A stretch of DNA of 64,000 nt. Source: Crocinitomicaceae bacterium. GTDB taxonomy: Bacteria; Bacteroidota; Bacteroidia; Flavobacteriales_D; Crocinitomicaceae. The stretch covers positions 322,568 to 386,567 of the forward strand of contig CAVTPI010000007.1 of the NCBI GenBank assembly GCA_963736585.1, given 5' to 3'. Made by a program: the position numbers and the translations under genes. Shown one piece after another: positions 1 through 9,437 of the stretch. Positions within the stretch are counted from its first letter, which is position 1. Every line of letters starts with the position of its first letter. A model generated the notes under the pieces. The model saw nothing but the letters and a program-made list of their open reading frames with translations. It ran no database searches and was not told the DNA's origin.

Positions 1-1308
1 TCTTGTTTCTTTATCACAATTTGCTTTTGTTGAAATATCTGGATTCACCATTGAGAATCCAAAATCAGCATATACCGACTTTACATAATACTCATTGTTG
101 TTGTTTGCAAAAATCATATCGCTTGCAACTGGCCCGTAATCTGTTAAAGAAGCTGGAACGTGGTATGTATTACAGAAAATTACACCGCCATTTCCTTCTT
201 TTAAACTTAAAATTCCAGATGTGTTGTAACGCTCATTTCTATTAATGTTTACACAAACGCGTAATTGATCTTTATAAAAATCTACACTTAAACCACTTTG
301 GTTTGTAGCTCTGTGCTCCCAATAAACATTTGACCATAATACTTTACGATCGTTATTAAGGCGAATAACTCCAATTCTGTCTGTATCTGCTGGCGTTGGC
401 TCTACATCTGCAGCAAGGCAAGGTCCTCTAAAATCTCTCGCTGTGAAAGAAAGTGCATACCCGTTACCTTCTGGGTCTTTGTCAATGTCACAATTGTCTA
501 CATGATAAATTGTTTCATTGTTGTAATAAAATAAATCATCTGTAATTGCACCGGTTGAAGTATTAATACCGATTGTAAATAATTTACTTGGGCGGTTAAT
601 TTCTTGACGGATACCCGCAATCATGAAGCGTGAAAAACCGTTTTCAACCATACTTGTTGGACGGATAGCCAAGATTGGGAAGTTATCTGACAAATAGTAA
701 CGATTTGACCACATTTGGCTTCCGTTATCTTTTATTTTAAATGCATACATCCGTGTAAAAGACTGCTCTGGATCACCACTTGAAGTACCGACAATTATAT
801 AACTCTCTTCGAACGTGCTGTTTCTTTTCACTAAAAAACCTTGCTCATCTGCATCTTCAATTCCGTGTAGTTTTGACCACACAACTACACCGTCGCTAAT
901 GCGAATTTTAAGCACCATTGCTTGTCTGTTTGGCACAGCATCAACGTCAATGTCAATCTTATCGCTACTTCCAACAACAATTACGTGCTTTCGATCCCAG
1001 CTTAATGTAATTCCATTTCCTTCTTCGTTAAAATCTCTTAAACCGTAACGGAAATTCCAAATTACTTTACCTTCTTTGTTCAAACGCGTTAGCACTATGT
1101 CTTTGTGCCGTCTGCGGTCTTCGGTTATTTCTAAAGTTCCAACTGTAACAACTTCTCTATCGCCAATATCAACGGTAGATTCGATTGTTTGAGGATCAGA
1201 ATACTTTCCCATTTTGTAATCCGCATTGTACTGGGCATTTGCCCCAATACTTCCAGCGAATAGGAGTGCAAACCCCAATTTCATTTTGTGTTTTGTTTTT
1301 AATAACAT
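1..1308 (-). CDS. Secreted protein with beta-propeller-like repeats; 3' end lies outside the window (missing from ORF track)
   Basis: Manual translation from ATG 1308 (or 1284): MLLKTKHKMKLGFALLFAGSIGANAQYNADYKMGKYSDPQTIESTVDIGDREVVTVGT...IVLTRLNKEGKVIWNFRYG. Signal peptide ends ANA-Q. The same frame is still open at position 1 (GFSMVNPDISTKANCDKETR). Confidence 0.8.
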   Translation of the reverse strand, partial: MLLKTKHKMKLGFALLFAGSIGANAQYNADYKMGKYSDPQTIESTVDIGDREVVTVGTLEITEDRRRHKDIVLTRLNKEGKVIWNFRYGLRDFNEEGNGITLSWDRKHVIVVGSSDKIDIDVDAVPNRQAMVLKIRISDGVVVWSKLHGIEDADEQGFLVKRNSTFEESYIIVGTSSGDPEQSFTRMYAFKIKDNGSQMWSNRYYLSDNFPILAIRPTSMVENGFSRFMIAGIRQEINRPSKLFTIGINTSTGAITDDLFYYNNETIYHVDNCDIDKDPEGNGYALSFTARDFRGPCLAADVEPTPADTDRIGVIRLNNDRKVLWSNVYWEHRATNQSGLSVDFYKDQLRVCVNINRNERYNTSGILSLKEGNGGVIFCNTYHVPASLTDYGPVASDMIFANNNNEYYVKSVYADFGFSMVNPDISTKANCDKETR

Positions 1309-1601
1309 GTTGTGTAAGTTTTGTTTTGCCTACTCTATTTATATCAGTTTTTCGGCTACCACTTTTACTACCATACTTTGGGTATATAGCTTCTTTGTAA
1401 CATTTCTTTTTGATTTTTTGAGTGTAACGTTCCAACTAATTTTTTCAAAAATTTTAGTTAAACAATCAAAAAAGACCTGTTAATATTCTCTATTTTTTTT
1501 GGTTTATTTGTATCCTGAATTTAGTGTAGCCGCAAGAAAAGCGGTGTGTTCAGACAAGTGTATTTTTTTTTCCATAAGTATTGTTAATTGGGTTAACACG
1601 A

Positions 1602-1609
1602 CAAATATA
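1602..1609 (-). promoter_or_regulatory. Bacteroidota housekeeping -7 element TATATTTG, about 290 nt upstream of the 1..1308 gene
   Basis: caaatata on + strand matches TAnnTTTG on the - strand. Confidence 0.45.
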
Positions 1610-1769
1610 AGTATTTTCTACTTAATCTACCAACTTTATTGTTAACTCATTCTTAACATATTGTGAAAAACATGTTAATTATTTAATCAAATATATGATT
1701 ATTTTTTAATCAAATCAGCAGAGAAGATAGACTAAGTCTAGGTTTTTTGAATAACCGCGTGTACCGAAT

Positions 1770-3554
1770 TTAATTGCTTTTGAAGTTTAGACTGGCACCA
1801 ACTTGAATATAAGGTGCAGAAAAGCTCGTTTTTGTAAAATTTTTCATTTTACCATCTAGTCGCCAATATTTACCTGAAACGTCAAACGCGTAACCCGTTC
1901 TTAAGTTCAGACTAATAACAGGTAGCGTAATTCGCATTTGTAAGTTGGGGTCAAGTAAAAATACGTCATTTTTATATTGAACAATATTCTTTCCGTCTTG
2001 CTGAATTAAGTTCGGCTCAGCCGACAATTCTTCTTCAAACAATTTCATATTACCAAATGTCATATTTAAACCTGGCGCAATCATTAAATAGCGGTTACCC
2101 ATTGGGTAGCTAGACCCTGTTCCAACATTCCACCCACGCATATTAAACCGGCCTCCGTTTGAAACTTCGGGGTAGTAATTAAAAATAACAGAAGCACCTT
2201 GTTCAAACATTTCGAAAAAATCCATATAGAAGGTATAAGCCAAGGTTCGCTGGTCAAAGGGCTGGGCGCCATTAGCTGCTAAGGCCGTATTTAAATTAGA
2301 CAACCGGTTAAAATACCAATACCCCATATCAAACCCTAAGTGGAATGCAAACAACTCTTCTTCCCAGTCGTATTGAGAATCAAATAAATCTTTTGACGCG
2401 TTGGAGATAATGACAAATGGCAGATTATTGTAAAACCCAACGATAGGGTTATCCCCTTTTGTGTAAGCTAAATCTATAATATAAGTTTCTTCTCCGCTCG
2501 TATATTTTTCATCAAGGTTTAAACTTTTAATTACGTTTTGGTCAAAATCTTTTGTTTTTTGATAAAAAATTGGAATGACCAATACCTTGTTTTTAAGACT
2601 GCGGTCAATTTCATTGATACGGTTGGCTATTGAGTTCATATAATAATCATAACACCGCCCGGCATTTTGGTCTTTATGCAAGTGGCAACGCCCAAATTGG
2701 CCGTAAAATTTGCCGCTAGGGTCTGCCCGGTATACTTTTTCAAATTCATCTGACATAAATCGCTCTCGAATAATCGGTGATTTTACGTCTCCTTGTTTTT
2801 CGGTTAAGTACCACTCCTTCCCCACTTCTAAACTTTTAATGATAGAAAAGAATACGGTACTGTCTTTCTGAAGTGCTTTTTTTAATGATTGTTCATTTGC
2901 ATTTGCTGTGTTTATGATGGATTGAAGAGAGATTGCCGGGCTAATTTCACCAAACTGAAAGTTAAAATTTTCAGAAGGGTCTTGATAAAAAGTTGCAGGG
3001 CTGCTCACATTGTATTGAGAGGATGCCAACGCTTTTATTTGCTCAAAAATTTCCCCTCCTTCAACCGTTTTATCTGCGGTGTCAACAATTTCTTTTAAGG
3101 CATAAACAGAAAAGGATGGAAAACGCTCCACGTCAATTCCATGAACGGTTATTTTGTCTTCTTCCGGTTTTCCATCATTAAACTTGCGCAGTGATTTCAC
3201 CAAATCGTAAAACGGTTCAAAAAACACATCTCGCAAGTAATGCATGTGTGTGGTTTTATCTTTCAAAATAATTTCATTGATAATGTAAGCCAGGCCAGGC
3301 CCTTGTTCAAATACAAAGTGCCGTACGCCTTGCGTGCTATGCAAATACTTTAAAAGTTTAAACTGAAATTTGGTATTAAAGGTGGTGAATTGGTGATTTT
3401 CTCCTGTAAAGTAAACACTGTATTTATCTAAGCTATCGGCAAACACTTCAAACGCTGTAAAGCTTTCTTGTTTTAAATCTACCGTACCCACTTTGTCTTG
3501 ACTAGTTGCGAACCAACTTACAAGTAGCGCTAAGGCTACAAACACTCTTCTCAT
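1770..3554 (-). CDS. Erythromycin-esterase (EreA/ChaN)-like domain fused to a probable C-terminal outer-membrane beta-barrel
   Basis: Signal peptide. Ere-like motifs GENH, FVFEQG, GIDVE, RERFM, GQFGRCH. Last ~190 aa show amphipathic beta-strands ending YIQVGASLNF. Confidence 0.6.
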   Translation of the reverse strand: MRRVFVALALLVSWFATSQDKVGTVDLKQESFTAFEVFADSLDKYSVYFTGENHQFTTFNTKFQFKLLKYLHSTQGVRHFVFEQGPGLAYIINEIILKDKTTHMHYLRDVFFEPFYDLVKSLRKFNDGKPEEDKITVHGIDVERFPSFSVYALKEIVDTADKTVEGGEIFEQIKALASSQYNVSSPATFYQDPSENFNFQFGEISPAISLQSIINTANANEQSLKKALQKDSTVFFSIIKSLEVGKEWYLTEKQGDVKSPIIRERFMSDEFEKVYRADPSGKFYGQFGRCHLHKDQNAGRCYDYYMNSIANRINEIDRSLKNKVLVIPIFYQKTKDFDQNVIKSLNLDEKYTSGEETYIIDLAYTKGDNPIVGFYNNLPFVIISNASKDLFDSQYDWEEELFAFHLGFDMGYWYFNRLSNLNTALAANGAQPFDQRTLAYTFYMDFFEMFEQGASVIFNYYPEVSNGGRFNMRGWNVGTGSSYPMGNRYLMIAPGLNMTFGNMKLFEEELSAEPNLIQQDGKNIVQYKNDVFLLDPNLQMRITLPVISLNLRTGYAFDVSGKYWRLDGKMKNFTKTSFSAPYIQVGASLNFKSN

Positions 3555-3659
3555 TTATCCTTGCAATTTAAGCTAACAATATACGAATTGTTTTCCTTTT
3601 TTTTAGAGGATTTAACATTGGTTTAGTTCAGATGTACTATTGGATAAAGCTCTCGTAGT

Positions 3660-6600
3660 TTACTCCTCTTCACCAAACTGGCGCTTGCGATTTTCTATCA
3701 TTACTTTTGAAATTGCCCGTACGCCCTCTGTAATTGATTTTAGTTGAATGACATAATCTGTGTTCGTTTCCTCTTTTTGGCCAAGTTGTGTAAGCGTTTT
3801 ATTGATGTCTCCTATTTTTTCTATCACTTGTACCATTTCACCGCCATTTTCGCCATATCCTTTAATGCGCTGTTGGGTTTGAAATTCTTCTTTTATGTTA
3901 TTCCAACGCTCCTGTTCTTCTGGCGTAATGTAGTTAATGAGTTCTTTTAATTTCAATAAATTAGCTTCTGCTCCATCTGTCAATGTTTGCGCCTCATTTT
4001 GGTAGTGTGATAACAACAAGGTTTCCAATTCAGCCTCATTCATAAATGGGTTTAGCTTTTCAACTAATTTATTCATATCCCGATACGAACCTTGTAACTT
4101 AAATGCCGGTTTGTTCTGTACCGGTCTTCTTTTCCAGCAGAATCTATATAATTAAGGTTGACTTTTAATAACACGTCACGTACAGTTATGCTCATTTTCA
4201 GCAAGGTGTTAATGTCTTGCAGTTCTTCTCCAGAATACTGTCCCTTTAGCTCCACTTGTTCAATAGGCATGCCGTTTGCCACATGAATAAGGCTATAAAT
4301 ATCTTCTTTTCCTTTATCCGTTAATTTGCCCAGTACAGAATTGGATGTAAGGCTATTTTCTATGTACGACAATTTAAATTCTTCTGCACTATCACCTAAA
4401 ATATCTCCTAAATTATAAATATCGGCACGGTTAGACAACATGTCCGGTACGCGGAATTTATCGCCACTTTCGGTATAAGGGTTACCTGCCATTACTACAA
4501 CAATTTTTTTACCTCTAAAATCGTAGGTTTTGGTTTTTCCTTTATAAACACCTTCTATCTTTCGTTGCCCATCACTTAATGAGATAAATTTTTGTAAAAA
4601 CTCTGGGTTACAATGCTGAATATCGTCTAGGTAAAGCATTACGTTATCGCCCATCTCTAATGCCAGGTTTAATTTCTCCACTTCTTCTCTTGAAGCGGCA
4701 TTGTCGGCATCTTCGGGGTCTAACGAAACAATGTTATGCCCCAATGCAGGGCCATTTATTTTCATAAACACCAAGCCCAAGCGGCTGGCAATGTATTCCA
4801 TTAGTGTTGTTTTACCATAACCGGGTGGTGAAATCAGTAAAAGCATCCCCATTAAATCGGTTCGTTTGGTGGCGCCCGCTGCGCCTATTTGTTTGGCTAA
4901 ATTGTCACCAATAATGGAAAGGTATACTTTGTCAATTAATTTATTACGCACAAATGATGAAAGTACACGGGGCTTGTACTCGTTTAACCGAATTTCTTCT
5001 TTAAAATCTGCGGTTAGCTGCTTTTTTACAGCATTAAAGGCGTTAAACCATTGCACTTCGTTTTGGCTGAACCTTATTAATCGGGTCATAAACTCATTAA
5101 AATGGAGTTGGTATTCGCCCTCTTTTAGTTTTTGATGTTCACCTCTAAACCCTGTCAAGGTTGCACTAACAGTGGCTGCGGTGGTATAAAATAAGTTTTC
5201 GTCATTCAACACTAAATAAAGCGCCGTTTCGCCAATCACCTCAGCTTTTGTTGGTGTTTCTTTTGTTTTTGCAAAAGCATTAAGCCATAATATTATTTGG
5301 TGATAGCGGTCATCCCAATTGCCATCATTTTCAAACACCGCACGCTTAAAAACAGGTTGCTTCCGCTGCGTTTTTAAATACGCACCAAACTGTTTAGCAA
5401 ACTCACTTGCCGCATGTGATACGGCATACTTTTCGTTTAGCGCCACTTCTTCCATTAAATAATCTACAGACCGATTTAAATCGCTGTCAAACGGTAAATT
5501 ACCGGCGTTAATTTGAATTAACTTTTGGAGTTGTTGTTCTAAAAATAAATTTTCTGATTTATCCTCAAAAACCGTTTTAATCATGCCAAAGGCTTTCAAT
5601 TGATTCAACAACCGCTTTTTCTCTTCCGTCGGAATAGCATATTCCCAAAACAGTAATGCATTTATACGTTCTGCTGCGGAATATTTTAACAACCCAATGG
5701 TTTGCTCCATCCGAATGAGTTCATTCACTATTTTCATGGCATCCTGGTCATGCACGCCTTTAACATAGCCCTCGTTAAACCGTTTAGCCATTTGCTGTTG
5801 TAGCATTTCTACATGTTCATCTTCTGTCAGTTGTACCCAGTGTAATAAGCCCATTTCTGGCGACAAAATGTATTGGTACATTTGATACGCTAAATATTCA
5901 GCTCTGTAAACAAATTCATTTTCAGAAACTAACGTTTGGTGCCATGCCTTGCGGGTTTCTTCCAATTTAGGATTTTCAATTTTTTCGTAAAAGTTGGTTC
6001 CGGTTAAGTGAAAATATAAGTCATCTCCTTTAAAAACGGTTGTTACATCTAGCTTTTGAGTATTTACTAAAAATTTATGGTTGCCGAATTTAATCGTATT
6101 TCCACCGTCAACAAATAATTCATTTTTATCGTTTAGCTGACGGATTGCATCTTCTTTTACCGTTTTTAGTTTGCTTTGAATATCATCCGCTTTGATAGAG
6201 TCATTCAAATCAATCAAGTTTTTGATGATGTCGCGCACCTTGTCCACCATTAAATCTGATGCAAAATAACCGTTAATGTCCACTACATTATCAAATGAAT
6301 TGGCCCGGTTTTTTATTCCATTTAAAATACGCTCTGCAGATGAATATAGGGTTTGCGCCCGCTTATTACTCGCCTCAACCAACGCTATTTTTTTACTTTC
6401 AAAGGCGTTGTAAATTTCTTCTCGTTTTTCCTGAACTTGAATGAGGTATTCGTCAAAATCTGCAAATTTCCCCTCTAGCTCTTCTAGCTGTACAATTAAT
6501 TTATTGAGGTACTCTTCTGCCTTTTCGGGAGTGTCGGCAATGTCTATATAATTAATAAACCCCTGATTAATCAGTCTAATTTGTGCATTAAACTCTGCTT

Positions 6601-8662
6601 TACCCTCCACCAAAAGCAATGCTTTTCGTTTTTTCCTTAAGGCGGCGTTAATTTGGTTAAAGTCAGAAAATAATGCGGTGATGCTATCTATAATTTGCGT
6701 GGTTTTAGTGGCATCTAATATTTTAAGATTGGATACAATTTCGATTAGTAGTTCTAACTCTTTTGATAAGTCCTCAATCTCTTTTTCCAGATCATTGGCC
6801 ACGACTACTTTGTCCAGCGCCGCTACTTCTTTTTCTATTGATTTAATCTTAGTTCTGTACGGATTTAAGGCGTCGTTTTTTAATAAAAAATTAACGCAAC
6901 TTTCAGAGGCATGGTTAAAAGCTTCTGATAGTTGATCGTTTAAATAATTTACCTTATTCATGTCCACAAAACGAACACTTTCTAAACTTATAATTTCGCC
7001 TTTGGAGTGGCGTAGTTCTGCCAACAAGTGAACGCTATCATTAACTTGCGCCACACGCATGTTTTTAGCTTTGCTTAGCAATGCCTTTGCTTTTTGCTCT
7101 ACCTCCTCTGTTTTTTCTTGTGCGGTGCGTTTTAGGCGTAAAATTTTATCAAACTCATCTATGGCGTTTGAGGCTGTTTTTTTAATTTCAGCCAACGGCT
7201 CGTCTAATTTCCCCGCTTCTTTGTGTGACAACCAGTGGTAAGCATCCCCTATATCCGTGGCTTTTTTTACAATGTCTATGTACAAATTGGCAAAGGAATC
7301 TTCTTTATAAATTAGGGTTACTAATTCTTGACATTCAGATAAACCCAACACAATTTCTTTGTTTCCTACTTTAAACAAATAGCTGTCTTCTTGCCCGTTT
7401 GCAGTTACTGCAACATCTTGCGCGTAGGTGGTTTGCCAAATTTGAATGCTGTGGTGTTTTTGCGGTTCTTCTTCCTCTTTAAAAAGGGCCAATTCTCCAT
7501 CTTTAAATAACGTAAAGCCGTTGCAAATAATTGGTGTATCTACTTTTTGGCTGATGATATTGTAAGACAATAAAAAGTAAGTACCTGAATCGCGGTTATA
7601 AAAAACGTATAAATAATCTTCGCCATTTGCGGCTTGTACGCGTTTTTCAAACAACATTCCCTCCAGCTGATTGTCAAACAGCTTAAATTCACCGGTGTTA
7701 ATGTAATAACCTTTCGGAAAAATAATTCCCTGATCGTTTGGCAGTAATATGCATGCATCCTCAATGGCGTCTACACGGTGTGCCTCTTGAATTTTATGGT
7801 TGTAGATGATGTAGCGGTACTTTTCCTCTTGATACGGGCGTATTTTTAGTACTACAACGTTACCAATTCTGGCGTAATAAATATCGGCGTCATCCAGTGT
7901 CTGATCTTTATTTTCAACTGTTTCTGCATAAATACCTTTTCCGGTTTCGGTGTTGTTTTCAACTTTTAAGGTCAAGTCCCCTTCAATGGTTTCTACGAAT
8001 ACAATATCTTCTATAGAAATGTGCGGATGTTTGCCCGGTACGTGATGTTCTCTCCCCACTTTTTTCCACGAAAACTGGTGTTGGTTTGGGTATTTGTATT
8101 CATGTTCAGACCGGTTTCCTTCATACGTAAATTTACCGTCTTGGTTTAGCCATTTAAATGTTTTAACATCCGTAACGCTTTTTCCAATTCTAAACACCAT
8201 GTGCAAGTAAGGGCCAATCTGCATGAATTTTACAAAAACCGTGTGGCGGTAGTATTTGTAAAGGTTGGCAAAATCTAAGGTAAAGGTATCGTCTTTAAAA
8301 ATATCAAGTGACTCTTCTGTAAACGTGTGTGATTTTGGATCAAATGAATACACGCCAAAAACATCTTGCACAAATGTTTCTGACTTTAGCCCTATGTGCA
8401 CATTGTAGCCAAACAAAAACATGTCGTTCCCAATGGATATAATGTCGCGTGGTTGGCAATTGTTTGTCGTCGTAATTCGCTCAGTAGATACGAGTTTTGT
8501 TTCTATTGATCCAAAAATTTCTTTTCGCGCAGCATTTAGCAAATTCATACGTTCGCGCAATACTTCACCGTTTTTGGTTAATCGTTTACGAATTATTTCA
8601 TACGAGCCGCCCTCTAGCTGCACATTTTCTGCTTGTTGTATCTCTTTTTCTTCCTCTGCCAT
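3660..8662 (-). CDS. Giant coiled-coil AAA+ ATPase ('DNA repair ATPase'/DUF3686-like); one-base frameshift near 4111 joins ORFs 4073..8662 and 3660..4076 (about 1667 aa restored)
   Basis: Walker A PPGYGKT and Walker B LYLDD. Adding one base in ...AGA ACA [G]AA CCG GCA TTT AAG TTA CAA GGT TCG TAT CGG GAT ATG AAT restores RTEPAFKLQGSYRDMNKL, in frame with the 138-aa ORF. Confidence 0.85.
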
Positions 8663-8698
8663 TTGGTCTTTTTTCCGCGTTAGTTATTTTTTTAGCAG

Positions 8699-9130
8699 TT
8701 AGTATATTTCGCTTGCCTGCTGGGGTAAAAAGTCATTTTTACAATCATTGCAATAGTAAACGGTATCAATATGCAAGGGGTGAGCTGTAAACAAAAAACC
8801 GACGAGCGCACCAATTATGCCTTTAGTGGACTTGGCAGAAGTATAACCAGATGCTAGGTTTTGACTACCACACTTTGGGCAATGAATAATTTGATCATTA
8901 TCGTCAGTGATTGGTTTGGCTTCAATTTCGGCGATTAGTTGGGTGGCTCTTTCAATGTCGCTTTCTTGAATTTGGAGTTTAATCCCTCCCACTGCAAAGC
9001 TGGCTAAAGGGTCAACCCCAACAATATTATGGTCTACCAATTTACTTTCAATGCCTTCGCTTTCTAATTTCCCTTGCATCATGTGAGCTTGTACTAAGCT
9101 ATCGTATATTTTAAAGGTTTTCCAATTCAT
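8699..9130 (-). CDS. DUF2007 (putative signal-transducing) protein with C-terminal zinc ribbon and short hydrophobic segment
   Basis: AHMMQGKLESEGI...GGIKLQI motif; CPKCGS and CNDC flank IIGALVGFLF. Confidence 0.75.
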   Translation of the reverse strand: MNWKTFKIYDSLVQAHMMQGKLESEGIESKLVDHNIVGVDPLASFAVGGIKLQIQESDIERATQLIAEIEAKPITDDNDQIIHCPKCGSQNLASGYTSAKSTKGIIGALVGFLFTAHPLHIDTVYYCNDCKNDFLPQQASEIY

Positions 9131-9177
9131 TTAGTGTGGTTTAACTCCATCTAATTTTGATTGTTTGAGTTGGGCTT

Positions 9178-9344
9178 GTAAAAGTGCTTCTCGACTTCGT
9201 AAAAGTGCTTCTCGACTTCGCTCGAAGTACTTTTACAACTATTCGCTCGAAGTACTTTTACAACTATTCGCTCGAAGTACTTTTACTACCATTCACTCGA
9301 AGTACGTTTACTCTCAATCGCTTGAAATGCGTTTATTACAAATA
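9178..9344. repeat. REP-like palindrome with amplified arms: 2 x 21 bp followed by 5 x 25 bp decaying tandem repeats
   Basis: GTAAAAGTGCTTCTCGACTTC at 9178 and 9199. GCTCGAAGTACTTTTACAACTATTC at 9220 and 9245, with degenerate copies at 9270, 9295 and 9320. Confidence 0.9.
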
Positions 9345-9391
9345 ACATTTAGTAAAAAAGTACTTATAAGCGTAAGCAACCTAACAATGCA

Positions 9392-9425
9392 AGCCCGTTT
9401 CCAACTAAAAAAATGGAAACAGGCT
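9392..9425 (-). terminator. Stem-loop downstream of the flotillin gene (terminator or mRNA stabiliser)
   Basis: AGCCTGTTTCCA...TGGAAACGGGCT on the - strand, about 12 nt after the stop; weak U-tract. Confidence 0.5.
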
Positions 9426-9437
9426 CACTTATTTAGT

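Noticed and set aside
1196-1435. 79-aa minus-strand ORF
   Set aside because: It overlaps out of frame with the signal-peptide-bearing gene that starts at 1308/1284.
1770-3554. Macrolide-resistance gene (ereA/ereB)
   Set aside because: Only fold-level motifs are shared. It is secreted and barrel-fused, with no mobile context.
9178-9344. CRISPR array, or real CDS 9165..9449
   Set aside because: Units are contiguous with no unique spacers. The ORF is just translated repeat on the strand opposite the operon.
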